From: Tricharina praecox
Lineage: Eukaryota
DNA length: 64,000 nucleotides
NCBI RefSeq assembly: GCF_024521635.1
Contig: NW_026250432.1
Location: forward strand, 248,001-312,000
Direction: 5' to 3'
A model generated the notes under the pieces. The model did not search any database and was not told the DNA's origin. It saw only the letters and a program-made list of their open reading frames with translations. Positions within the stretch are counted from its first letter, which is position 1, and every line of letters starts with the position of its first letter. Shown here piece by piece: positions 13,028 to 25,323 of this stretch. Both the position numbers and the translations under genes were made by a program.

Positions 13028-15828
13028 ATGCAAACTCGGCCTCAGCAGATGCCGCAGCCCGAGAGGGCCCATACCGCGGGCACTGTCGGATCCTTCCGAC
13101 ACGAGCATGGGCCCGGCGAATTCACCCCCGAGGTGTCTCCACTGGGTCAGCTCATCTACCGTGGGAGGATGCTCAAGAAGGAGCTGCAGCACACTACCGA
13201 GCGTGATGTACCGTCACACTCCCAATTCAAAGAGCCACACTCCGGGAGACCAGATTATCCCACCCCGATAGACGAAGAGCAGGGCTTCCGTCTACGCAGC
13301 GATTCCTCGGTTAGTGAGCGGACGGAAGTACCACCGACGCCACGACCGGAGCCCGTCGAGATGCGCATGCCTCGGTTCAGTACTCTCACCAACGATAGTA
13401 GTGATGACCGCGATAGCATGTACTCGAATGACCGGGACTCCTCGATCATGGGCTCGTTTTCTTTTGGGTTCGGTGGTGCTCACACTGTAGGGCCACCTGA
13501 CATCCAGAGTGCTCCCAAAGCCGTCAGACAAGAGTTCAACGAAGGGAGGGACTCGGTCAGGCCTACGATCGGACACTCGCAATTAGAGGAAGAGTTGCAG
13601 CAGGCGCCGCAACCACAGACGGCTAGAGCTGAATTCTTTCCTACCCGCGAATCTGTCAAGCTCGTCTTGGCGTCCGTCGACGACTTGGAGGACGACGAGG
13701 AGGAGGTCAGCCCAACAGGGACCAGAAGTCATTTTCCTGCACAAGGTGTCCCGGGCATGGATGAACGCATGCGGGAGGGCCACAGAGCAGAGAGGTCGGG
13801 AGGAAAACCGTATGTGTCCGGAGGAAGGCCTGCAATGGGAGGACCGGGATTCATACCAGGAGGAAGGCCAGGACCACCGAACATGATGCCAGGAGGAGGA
13901 GACAGGAGGGTTAGTCCGGGTCCTTCGGGACACCCCGGGTTCAACAGGACGCAGTCACAACCTGGATTGCGCGCTCAACGGGCACCACCAAATCGGCAAC
14001 CTTCGGGCGACGATTACCGACAGGCTCCGGCGGCGCAACCGGCTCTGTACGCGCCTAAACAGTACCAACCGTACCGGCAAGATACAACCAGTCCGGTTGG
14101 TTATGGTCCACCTCCCAGAGTTAGTTCTGCCGAAAACGGCAGATTCCTACCTCCACTCCGGACCGGCTCCGGGAACTCGGACCGGTTGATACCAGTGCGG
14201 ACCGATTCCAGGAACTCGGAGCGATTGATACCGGTCCGGACCGATTCCAGGGGGTCGGATTCACACTTTGGACCTCCGAGTCGGCAGAACTCGAACGAGT
14301 CCGAGAAGGCGAGATATGCGCCCTATCGGCAAGGGTCGGCAGGTTCACTACCGGCCAGGCAGAATTCGCTGGAGACCAGTGGTGATCGTGGCTACCCACG
14401 GAATTCACCGTCACCCCAGCCGCCGTCGATTCTCCCGATGATATCCGATGAACGGTGTGCAACTCCTGATTCACAGAATACCATTCAACCGGGCATAACT
14501 TCGCCCATCTATTCACCCAATCCGTGGAAGATGGAGCGCAGTGCGTCAGCGGCGTCGGATGTCAACTCCATCTACACCATCGGTGGAACGCGGAAACCAC
14601 CACTCAACTTTTCCCGGCCACTCGGTGGTAGACCGTCGATGGACTCACAGCATAGGCCTTCCATCGATACTACGAATATGGGATATGATCATGACCCTTT
14701 GCTTCACGGGGAACCAGGGGATACCGTACAGGACGGACCAGCACCCACTTACCTGTATACCAAGTTTGATCTCCCCAGGGGACGTCGTTTGGGACGTGAT
14801 TCTGTGATATTCCAGGATTCTCATCCCGGCGCCGAGGGCCAGCAGCAGCAGCGGCGGCAGCACCAACAGCAACCACAGCAGCAAAACCGCGGACCACGCC
14901 CTCAGGGTCCCCATCCTCAGGGTCCCCATCCTGGCCCCTCAATGTCTCCTTCGCCACCCAAGGGCAGCATGCTTTCACCACCGCCACGGCTCCTTCCTGC
15001 CCCTACTTCACCACGTTTGGACAATCGAGGGCCCGGATCTACGACGCCTACCGTGCAACCCCCAAGGTCGCCGCGGTTGCCACCTGCTCCGTCCGCAGTG
15101 TTGACGGCGGACGAGCACCTGTCCAAGGGCATCGATCTGCACGAGAAAGGAGCACTCCAGGAATCGACCTACCATCTCCGGTGCGCAGCGCATGGTGGAC
15201 ACCCCACCGGTATGTTGCTTTACGCACTCGCCTGCCGCCACGGTTGGGGCATGCGGCCGAACCAGAGGGAGGGAGTCGAGTGGTTGAAGAAGGTCACACA
15301 ACTTGCTAGTAGCGAAGTTGCGGACGACGAGAAAGGGGTTGTCAATGTACCTTTTATCGAAAAACAGGGCAGGCGTGCTCAGTTTGCGTTAAGCATATAT
15401 GAATTGGGCGTCAGTCACTTGAACGGATGGGGAACCGAGATGGATAAGGGGCTGGCGCTTAACTGCTTCGAGATTGCAGGCAGTAAGTTTTCTCTCACCT
15501 GCTATCCCGGTTGTTTTTGTTTCGTTGATCGCTAACCATTGGTTGTATAGAATGGGGAGACCCGGATGCACTCTCGGAGGCTGGCTTCTGCTGGGCTAAC
15601 GGAGTCGGATGCAAGAAAGACATGAAGAAGGCGGCCAAGTTTTATCGTATGGCGGAGGGCAAAGGCGTCAGCATGGTTGGAAATAGCTGGATCTGGAAAG
15701 ACAAGTACCTTGACGACGAGGGTAGGGCCCTCAAACTCAAGAAAGAGGGTGGTGCTGGTGCTGCTGGTGGGGCGAAAAAGGAGAAGGAGGGAGGACTCTT
15801 TTCAAGAAAGAAGAGTCTTCCTATGTGA
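13028..15828 (+). CDS. Sel1-like repeat protein of the DSF2/Nif1 type with a long disordered N-terminus; intron 15483-15550
   Basis: C-terminal domain EHLSKGIDLHEKG..ESTYHLRCAA..GMLLYALACRHGWG..YELGVSHLNGWG..KWGDPDAL..GVGCKKDMKKAAKFYRMAE..GNSWIWKDKY. The GTAAGT...GCTAAC...TAG intron joins the two ORFs in frame. Confidence 0.85.
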
Positions 15829-16293
15829 GTGGACGCTTGGGTTACGAGCATTTCCCTATGTTTTTTCCTCCCCGTTTTCTTTTTCCTTTCCGTTTGCTTT
15901 GTTTTTCATGTCTTACTAGGGGTTCTTTCTTGCTTGTATTCTTCATTGATCTTGTACTTATACCACTTGTCCGTCATCTAACCATTCTAACATTCAAGTC
16001 CATACTTTTTTTATTTACTTCTAGTCTGATTCGTTTTTGTTTCCTTCACCTTTCCCTTCCATTTGTTTGTTGTTCTCTTCTTTCGAGTTGGATATCCCTC
16101 CCGCGTGGCTACTACACTGACTGGCCGCCGACCCGGGGTTCTCATGTTGAGCAGGCTTAATGTTGATTTCTTCATGGGCTCTCTTTTTTTTTTTGTGTGT
16201 GTGTATTGTACTGTAGTTACCCTTCCACTCGTTTGTTATCTCTTCTTTTTTCTTCTCTATTTCTTTTTTTCTTCTCTATTCTCTATTCTGTCG

Positions 16294-16416
16294 TCATTTT
16301 TTTTCTTTCGCTTCATTTTTTCTTTCGCTTCATTTTTTCTTTCGCTTCATTTTTTCTTTCGCTTCATTTTTTCTTTCGCTTCATTTTTTCTTTCGCTTCA
16401 TTTTTTCTTTCGCTTC
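16294..16416. repeat. ~17-bp tandem repeat (TTCATTTTTTCTTTCGC), about 7 copies
   Basis: Directly visible array downstream of the Sel1-repeat gene. Confidence 0.9.
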
Positions 16417-18355
16417 TGTTTTATCTTCTACATAGGGTTTTCTTTCTTTGTCTCTGTTTTGTTGCTATAGATTTTTTGATTCAATTTGTTGGTTCTGTTT
16501 TATGGGGATGGAGATGGCGATGGGGTAGGAGGGGTAGGAGGGAGGAGGGAGGGATGTAGTAGTTATAGCATGCCGATACCTATCAATTTAAGCTGAGGAC
16601 AGTTTGTTGACTCTGAGTCTCTGATGTGGGCGTTGGTTTGGCTTGAACCTAGGTGGGCACCAGACAAGGTGTTTCTCTCTGTTGCAACTTTGCAAAAGTG
16701 TAGTGGGCTGTAGGCAGACGACAGTAACTGTCGCCTCTCGAGATATCACTCGCCTCCAGGCTTCAGGCACCAGGCCAGGCGGACAATAGACGTTCCCGAG
16801 TAGGACTGTTCGGTACCGGGCGGTCAGGAGTCTGGGCATACTCATATCAGTATATACAGCCAACGGTACCGTTCCCTTCCGGCTCTGCCGACCGCCGGTC
16901 CGCCGGTACCGGACGGTCTGGTTATACTCTTATAGTAGGAGGTAGATGTTTCATCCAGCTTGTCCGGGTGAAAATTGTTGATTGGAACGGTAATCAGTGA
17001 TACATCACACCGCTGGGTACTGCATCATACTTGGGTAGTGACTCCTGAACTGATATCCTGGATTGTTTACTTCTCTTCGTAACCGGTTTTGAGTCTTGAA
17101 CGCAGCCTCCCAACCGATTTCAACCGCTCCGCAGGTTCTAATTCTCGAAAGGTGTGGTCTGGCACTGTGGCACATCGGTACCGGTCAGCACCAAGCGGTA
17201 CCGACGACGACGCTAATTCATCTCATCCCGTCTCCGTACTCTACATATATTTCAACACTTCACATATGAAGCATGTACACAGGGGGTAATTGCTCATCTG
17301 GTGTCTTTTTGATGAGATATTTTTGGCTTCCGGTGGTAAAAGTTGGAAACTCTCCAGCAAGTAATACATACTTGAAGCGAACCAACTATCCATCAACGGT
17401 ATCGTTCACATGTATCTACGACATGTTAGATTGTCTTAAGAGTATGATAGGGGCATTACGGATAGTACATCTGTAACCTTGACCACAGCCTAGGTATCTT
17501 CGTGGGGCATATAGACGTATGTAGCTGTGGGTTATCTGCCAATCCTCCAAACATAAGACCTGTGACCGGTGAAAATGAGTTAGGTTACATTCGGGATAGA
17601 TATGAATGTGTCTGTGCCGCCCGGTACGGCAAGTTACTGTTACGGCATCCAGCAAAGGCTGTAATGAATAATGGTTAGGTAGCAGCGGCAGAATCAGCTG
17701 CGAGATGACGGCGGCTGTTAATCTAGCACTAACGTCGAGTCGGTGATTACCCACCCGCGTGATGTGAGGTCACTAACACCACAAACACTGAGGAACAAAA
17801 CCTCAACTAAGTAAGAAGGTACAATGAGAGTGACAGACGGAAGCTGAGGAAAAAGAAAAAAATCAATGGAAGGGGAAAAAACTACGGTACCAGGGATTCC
17901 CGCATGGTCACCCACTGCAGTACTAACCTGGCGATACCATGCTTAACTAGGGCTGAGCGGACGGGAAGCCGTGTGTTCATGGTTCTATGACCGTAGCTGA
18001 AAGAGTTCACATGTCAAGTCTTATACACTGCGTAGAGAGGAAGTGTTGGCGCAGCTCCCAGACGTAATATGATAGCGAATTGTCACCCCGTAGGTGTCCA
18101 GAACGATCAGTTTTAGTCAGTCCACCAAAGAACCGCAGGCTCTTGGTTCTCATCATCGGCGCTACAATTCCGATTGTCCAGGGAATGGGATCCGGCGCCG
18201 TGTATGTACTCCCTTCCCAAATATCACTCGCGCACGCGGTACCAGTTCATCAACAGGTGACACTACCTGACACCACGTGACACCACGCCACAAATTTCCG
18301 CACCAGATTTTATCACGCGGGGACCGCCGCGACGCCGCCCTCCCCAACCGCCACG

Positions 18356-19042
18356 ATGCCCCCCTCGCCCGCGCACACGACCAAATCCAGCCCGACGCTG
18401 CACTACCCCCTGCAGCACCTTCTGCAGCACGCGCCGCTGGTACTGCACCAGAACTCTTCGGCAGGCAGCACGACCGGCAGCACGCTGTGGACGTCGTCGC
18501 AAGTGCTGACGGCGTTCCTGCCGACGCTGGGGCTTTCGGCGGGGCGGGCCCTGGAGCTGGGCGCCGGGATCGGGCTCGCGTCGCTGGCGCTTGCGGCCGC
18601 GGGCTGGGACGTTACCGCTACCGATGTCGGCGACGCTATGCTGCTGCTGAGGAGAAATGTCGCGGAGAATGCCCCGGGCATGCTGGGAAAAGTGGGTGTG
18701 CGCGAGCTGGATTGGTTCACGGGCGAGGAGGACGTAAGGGAACACTGGGATCTGGTAATCACCGCGGATACTCTGTATGTGCTGGAATTGGTCGCGCCGT
18801 TGATGAGGACTATTGTGGCTGCGGCGGCGGGACGGGGTGCGAGCAAGCCTGCCGTGGTCTACATGGCCGTCGAGGTCAGGGATACGGCGCTTGTGGAGGT
18901 TGCGCAGAGGGAGGCCGCGTGCGTGGGGTTGAGGATCAGGACGGTGCCGAGGACGAGGGTGAGGAAAGCGGTCAAGGCGGCGCTTGGATGGGAAGAGGAA
19001 CAGTGGGCTGGGGTGGAGGTTTGGAGGTTGGTTAAGATGTAG
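18356..19042 (+). CDS. Putative protein-lysine methyltransferase (METTL21 / Methyltransf_16 family)
   Basis: TGSTLWTSS, motif I ALELGAGIGL, TDV, LDW and the DxxY motif ADTLY. Confidence 0.88.
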   Translation: MPPSPAHTTKSSPTLHYPLQHLLQHAPLVLHQNSSAGSTTGSTLWTSSQVLTAFLPTLGLSAGRALELGAGIGLASLALAAAGWDVTATDVGDAMLLLRRNVAENAPGMLGKVGVRELDWFTGEEDVREHWDLVITADTLYVLELVAPLMRTIVAAAAGRGASKPAVVYMAVEVRDTALVEVAQREAACVGLRIRTVPRTRVRKAVKAALGWEEEQWAGVEVWRLVKM

Positions 19043-20514
19043 GATTATAGTGGTAAAAGAGACAAATACCATCAATATGCAAAAGACCATCATCCGGAAT
19101 ATCTAAAAGCGCTGAGAATACTTCTCATAAGCTTTCCTTCTTGGGGCCTGGGCCATACTAAAATGATGTCCAGTCATTGGAGTCAAAATGTATAAGATTC
19201 ACAGACGAGCTGCAAAAGTCAGTTACTGCTCTGTTGCATGCAGCATGTAGGATTAAAGGACTGTGTACCACGAGGAGGAGGAGGAGGACCATCGGCAGAT
19301 ACCGTAGATGGGTGGTGGCTGGTTGACAGTTTTGAGCCAATCGATCATTGGATGATGAGCGGTGACCCAAACGGATAGGTACCCAAGCGAGTTGCAGGAA
19401 CGGTCCCAAAAGCGACTTTCAGGGGGTGATACTTGCTAAGCTGGGCTGGTCCCGAGGAATAAGTGCGTATGGAAGTATATTCATGAATTCATAAATGCCC
19501 AGGGACAATCTTCCGGTAGAATAGATACGGATTCGCGGAGTGCGAGCAGCAGCTAGTTCATCTCCAGCAATATCTATTCCGAGAGACTGCGCTCCTGTGG
19601 ATGAATACCGAACGATCACGTACATACCTAGGTCCTCCCTGAACGCCAGCGGTTGCGATTCAGCTGAAGCCTTGGGGTTTCCGGGCCATATGGACGTAGC
19701 CATTTCGGAGTTTTGGCGTGAAGCCTGGATCCGTCGACTGCTTCTTCCTTTCTTTTTTCCTAGTGGGAGTATCCAGCACGCACTCCAGGTCGCCGCCTTC
19801 AACAATAACGAATGGAGTTTGTTATTCTGTGTGACATCACTCGCTTCGTGCATGCGATCTCACTCGTGTTTCAAGTTTAGAGTCCAGAACAAAAAACAAT
19901 CATCTAGTGAGGGGAGCCGAGGTCACTCCCGGAGTTCTTCCCATCACCCCCCTCTTCATGGTATCTCATGATGAAGAGGCTGAGAGCGAGGCGGAGTGAG
20001 GTGCAGAGTTTTGGGCCGTATCCTATGTGGTGCTATCTTCTTGGTGTGCTCTGCATGTATCGCTGGGACAGGCCAGGGCGGAGTGAATTGGGGAAGCAAG
20101 ATTGAGCCGCTTGACGAAAGTCGCGTTCGGCAGTAGAAGTGGAAGTGGAGAGAGAGTGTGTGTGTTGCCATAATCTGGACAAGTCGCAAGCAGATGTACA
20201 CACTGGACGAAGAAGCAAACGACTCGAGGAAACACACTGCAGCACGCCATCGTGCACGCTTTCATCGCGACATGGACTCAACAACCCACCAACGTAGACG
20301 AGTCACGGGACTTTCATCGGTGGGAAGGTTGAAATAAGGTTTGAATGGTGCTAGTTGATTGGTTGGTTGGTAGCTTAGCGGTCTCGGCGTCTCGCCGCCA
20401 CTAAGAGAAGAGTGCTGAGCAAGGATGTAGTTACCGTGGAACGATGGAGCGAACATCATCTCTTCCTAGGGTTGTGTCTTTGGTGCGCTCACATTGTCGG
20501 TAAAGGCTAGGGCA

Positions 20515-21307
20515 GAGGGTAGGGAAAGCCACATCGGGCTGCTCGATGAAAGTTGAACATTGGCATGGAAACGGGGGGTGCACGGGTAGGTATTGCCATG
20601 ATCTAGACATGTAGGTCGCATGCAATCAGTAAATAAGCAAAAAAAAGCCGAACTGTTACCTTATTGCCATGATCTACCTAGGTCGCAAGCAATTACTGAT
20701 GAAACTAAAAAAAAGCCGAACCGTAGTTTGAACCAAAAACCTTCACCACCCCCGGTGGGTGGCTTGGAAACCCCGATAGATGGACTGCTGTCCATGCTAA
20801 CTCCGCCGGGTGCGTGACCGCTAGGCCACGCGTGTTTTTTTCCGTGACAGAGGAATCGTACCGCAGCTTATAAACTGGTGGTGACGACAGCGGGCACATA
20901 CGGCCTTACTAGAATAGACTATGGCGACCACCAACTTCCCAACCTTTCCTACCAATAGAGAGAAAGCTCTACCACCATGGTCCGTTCCTGCGCTGGCGAC
21001 CGCTACCTACCAACAAATTTTACAAAGTAAAAAACATGATCACACTCATTGATTGTTGAGACCCTCCACAAAAGCAATGCCTACCCTGCCGGCGGGTACA
21101 CTTGTTCAACTCCAGAGGCGCCGCTCTCCCGGTCTCCTCTCTCGTTAGGATTTTCTTCCGCCACGTCCGTTCGTCGTTCTTAAGTATCATACGCCAGCAC
21201 AGCTCATCTGCAAACACGTGACAGGTCTGCAATGCACAATTTCTTCCTCTTTTCCTTCCCCTTCCACTCACCTTCAATCTGATCTTCTCCCACAGCGCTC
21301 TCTGTTG
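20515..21307. repeat. Long direct repeat, copy 1 (homologous to 24655-25323); has an internal ~70-bp tandem duplication at about 20591-20722
   Basis: Collinear shared blocks: GCTCGATGAAAGTTG, CACCACCCCCGGTGGGTGGCTTGGAAACCCCGATAGATGGAC, CGGGCACATACGGCCTTACTAGA, AGAGAGAAAGCTCTACCACCA, CTTCTCCCACAGCGCTCTCTGTTG. Confidence 0.9.
20707..20846 (-). ncRNA. Candidate Pol III tRNA-derived ncRNA / SINE-like unit, copy A
   Basis: Minus strand: TTTATAA (20874-20868), A box TGGCCTAGCGG (20828-20818), hairpin ATGGAC/GTCCAT, conserved GGGGTTTCCAAGCCACCC..GGGGGTGGTGAAGGTTTTT, B-box-like GGTTCAAAC, then a long T run. Confidence 0.5.
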
Positions 21308-22509
21308 CACTAGTCGTCGTCTCGCTGCTTGATCTGCTTCGCCCCCCAATTGATTTTTTCCTGTTTAATCAGTAATTGCTTGCGACCCAAGCAGATCAGG
21401 ACAATATATATCATACCCAGGCTCAACGTGACCCGATCTCCTCTCCGGGACGTTGGGGATATACACGTGCTCAACAAGGCCATCAAACACTCCACGAATC
21501 TGTTTACACCCTCCCACCCCCACCACTATAAATTTGTTTATGCCCAGTAGCTACACGTGCTCGGCAAGAGAATATAACCGTACCCAGCCGTAATGGTAGC
21601 ACGCAAGGCCGCCGGGAATAACATCTATCCGATGTGTTTCAGACTTCCCGGTAGAGGAACCGATATATAGTAGCTCATCGCCCAGCTGTTAAGCCGGGCG
21701 GGATTGACCGCAGTATCATCCTCTCTCGCCTCGGTGTGTCTCTTTAGGTTGGCTGCTGTTACAGCATCAAACTGCACACGCCTGCTCGTGGGAGGGCTTC
21801 ATATGAAAAAGTCACAAACTTGGTCGCCACCATCTCACGTTTATTGGAGCCCGAATGACTGAGTGTGATGTTAAACACGTGTCGACACCTTGGAACGTAG
21901 CGGTGTTTGCTAAAAGGCAAACTTTTGAGTCGCGGCTAGTGCGCTAGAAGCGAGTGCTTGGAATCCACCCACTTCATCTATTAAACCCTCCTTTCCTCCC
22001 AACTCTTCCTCCCTTTCTCCTCTCTCATCCATTCATTAACTTCTTCTCCTTCTTTCCCGTCCGGCACTAATTTGTGATTCATGCTACTGACTTAGATTAG
22101 TTTAATTAGTTTCCACGGTCCGATACCGACGATGGGAATACTGGCAGTAATGCTACCTCCCTTCCTTCATTCCCCCTCCCCTTCCTTCCTTCCTTCCTTC
22201 CACCTGAGCTCGAGCTCAAACCTCGAGGTAAGTCCCTCTCCCCCCACTTTTTACTTCCAGGATAATCTTACAGAGCTGTCCTGCTCAGCCGTAGCAGCGA
22301 GGAACTGAGGGATTCGTGCAACCGGTTTACAAAGTAAACTGTTGCAGTAAGAGACGGATCCAACCCTCGAGGCTGAGCAGAAAAAATCCAAGGACGGGGT
22401 TTTCTCTTCTGCTGCCGGCACAAGTTCTTTCCCCCTTCCTCCGGGGGTCCAAGTCGGTCAAGACTTGACTTGCCGACTTGCTCCCGTTAGATGGCCCCTG
22501 ACGGGGAAG

Positions 22510-22850
22510 AAAAAAATAAGAAGTATAACTTGGTTTACTATCCCCCCAAGTTATATGCGGAGGTTTTCTTCCTTTGCTGTGAGAGAGCAAAGGTCTTTCC
22601 TCCTGGCCATGTGTGTGTGAGAGACATGCATGGCCTTGGCCACCTCTCCAAAACCGGGGGACAGATGGTTTCGGACGAGCAAATAAAAAAAACCAAAGAA
22701 GTATAACTTGGGCTCCTGTCTCCCCCTAAGTTATACGCGTATAGCCTGGTTTACTACCCCCCCCTCCCCCCCGCAGGTTATACGCGGAGGTTTTCTTCCT
22801 TTTAAAGGTCTTTCCTCCGGCCATGCATGTGAGGCATGCATGGACATTGG
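22510..22850. repeat. Two diverged direct copies of a ~120-160 bp unit containing a TATAACTT..AAGTTATA inverted repeat
   Basis: AAGAAGTATAACTTGG, GCGGAGGTTTTCTTCCTTT, AAAGGTCTTTCCTCC and CATGCATGG each occur twice in the same order. Confidence 0.8.
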
Positions 22851-24654
22851 CTAAATGTTGTTGCTCTGGCCGCTGCGCGAAACAACGATATTTGACCCGC
22901 TTGTTGATTAGGCCGTAAGATCGACTGCAGCGAGTGATTATACGTGAAGTTGCGTTGCATTCTCCTCGTTAGACTGATCTCTCGTCTACCTTCCGTGTCG
23001 TGTAACGTTCCCGACAAATCCGATCATGCGCGGGAATCGAATATGAGCTGTAACACCCGCACCAATGGTGCAGTCCCCTCACAACCACCATCACCACCGG
23101 AAATCCACACATAAGCACGCAGCTCTGAGCTCTCCGCCACGCCTCCAACGTTGCGTTCGGATTTTCACTTCGTGTTCCGCCCATACTTCGAATATGCAAT
23201 CATGGTGAAACCGGCGGTCTGGCTACAGCGGCATCAGGACTTATCGCCGAACTCGATTCGGCAGCACGCTCAGACTCTGTGATGTAGTATACACATCACA
23301 TCTTTCCTTACCATCCTCACATAGCACACCGGCTCGCGCTCCTTCGAAACCTCGAAGCTTTATCCTGCACCGAACACGCAATTACCAGACGTCACGTGAC
23401 GGCACACCTCACTCACCAACAAGATGTGATCCTGCGGAACGGTGAAACAGATATGGGCACGAACTCCGTTCTCGGATGCAGCGTATAGTGGTGGCGAGTG
23501 CATGGCGGCGGAGGAGGAGTGTGGGGGCCATTGGGGTTGATATCAGCGTGGATACCGGCTTGCTCTCATCGGAATAGTTGATGATTAATTCCCCTCATCC
23601 ACTGCGGACCTGCGGTGGCAACATGATACTCGATGCATCGCCCGCCGTGTGCACCCCTCAGTCGACGCCTCGCACCAGCACTTACACAGCAGCGTTTTGC
23701 CGGCTTCTTAGCGATGACTAAAACGCAACTCGAATTCCTGCAGGCCTACAATACTATACAGTACATTCAAGAACGACTACCTACCTGGTGGAGTTGATCT
23801 CGTTTGGCGTCCGGGGGGATGGTATGAAACCTCCAACGCAAGAGTGATCATACGGTGACTGTGTGGCTGGCTCGGGAAGAGCCGCAATCCCTACGCGGAG
23901 GTCGTTGTTTGTGCACGTTACGAAGTAATCAATGGAGTTAGCGATCTCTTAGTCTGGCTGGCTGCCAGCGCGACCGAGTTTCCTCTCTGAGAATTTTAGG
24001 ATCTCTCGATCATGTCGTAGATGATGGGCATCGCGGGCTCCATGATCATCGCACCATACGCAACAAAATGAATCGACCTGTAAGTGCTCGGGCTCATTGC
24101 TTCCGAGTTTTTGAGGTATGTACAGCTACTCGATAGGAGCCACCCAAGCAACTTTCCTCGTCATCTCGTGTAGCAGCCAGAGAAGCAATAAAAAAATAGG
24201 GGATCCAGTCAGAACATCTGCAGCTGAGCGCCTAGACCCTAATTCCAAAAAGTAAGCAAACATTACCTGACCAACACATAGAGATACTCTCATCCCCAAT
24301 CGACCCGCCGTGACTCGGTGAATCGCAGAGGAATCGAAATGAGTGATGACCTGATATGTGTGTTGACCTAGTATGTTCGCAGATGATAAGGAGAAAGGAG
24401 AGAGTGGGGGAGGGGAGGGAGGGTTTTATAGGTGGGGATTCTTGAAATCGAGATTTCGCCGCTGCATGGTCGGTCACTCGGCGTCGCTAGCCCTAAGCAC
24501 TAGTGTCACAGGCGGCAACACTAGAAAACACCTAGAAGCGGGGGCTGAGGCAAGAGGGGGAGGAGGGTACTAAGGTTGAGGAGCCGGAATCACTCTCGGT
24601 ATTCCTCCCCACTCCTTCTTTCGTGACATCTCCTGTTGAAGAGGCAGGAGGCGA

Positions 24655-25323
24655 GGCGGGGTAGGGGAAGCTGCACCGGGCCGCTCGATGAAAGTTGGGT
24701 TGGATAGTGTCGTGGAAACTGGGGTGCACGGGTAGATATTGTCATGATCTAACTAGGTTGCCTGTAGTTAATGAAAAAAAAAAGCTGGGCCGTGGTCTGA
24801 ACCAAAAACCATCACCACCCCCGGTGGGTGGCTTGGAAACCCCGATAGATGGACCGCTGTCCATGCTAACTCCGCCGGGTGCGCGACAGGCCACGCGGGT
24901 TTTTCCGTGACAGAAGAATCGTTACGCAGATTACAAACTGGTGACGACGACGGGCACATACGGCCTTACTAGACTATACTATGGCAACCACCAACTTGGG
25001 CCCGACCTTTCCTGCCAGTAGAGAGAAAGCTCTACCACCACAGCCCCTCGTTGCTGCGCTGCTGCCTACTACCAACAAGTTTTACAAAGGAAAAACAAGA
25101 CCTCCACATCCTCCTCCACAGACGCAACACCTACCCTGCCGGGCACTCCTGTTCGGCTCCCCTCCTCGACCGGGCTGGCCTCTTCTATCGTGGGGATTTT
25201 CTTCCCCACGTCCGAGCAGTGCTCATCTACAAACAGGGCTGCAATGCTCCATTTGCTCTTTTTCTTTCCAGTCTCCTTTCATTTCTGGTCTCTTTGATTC
25301 TTCTCCCACAGCGCTCTCTGTTG
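24655..25323. repeat. Long direct repeat, copy 2 (homologous to 20515-21307)
   Basis: Same collinear blocks as copy 1. Confidence 0.9.
24774..24909 (-). ncRNA. Candidate Pol III tRNA-derived ncRNA / SINE-like unit, copy B (A box partly deleted)
   Basis: Nearly identical to copy A in the core; A-box region reads TGGCCTGTCG; downstream GGTTCAGACC followed by T10. Confidence 0.45.

Noticed and set aside
16063..16559. Phe-rich membrane-protein-like ORFs
   Set aside because: Translation of a T-rich downstream region and the 17-bp tandem repeat.
20695..20735. Hammerhead ribozyme core (CTGATGA)
   Set aside because: No GAAA after the putative stem II, and the motif is not conserved in the duplicate copy.
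20740..20830. Twister- or HDV-like ribozyme (GT..CCAAGC, GCGGAG and TAACTCCGCC look-alikes)
   Set aside because: The motif pieces lie on different strands or in the wrong order, and the required helices and pseudoknots could not be built.
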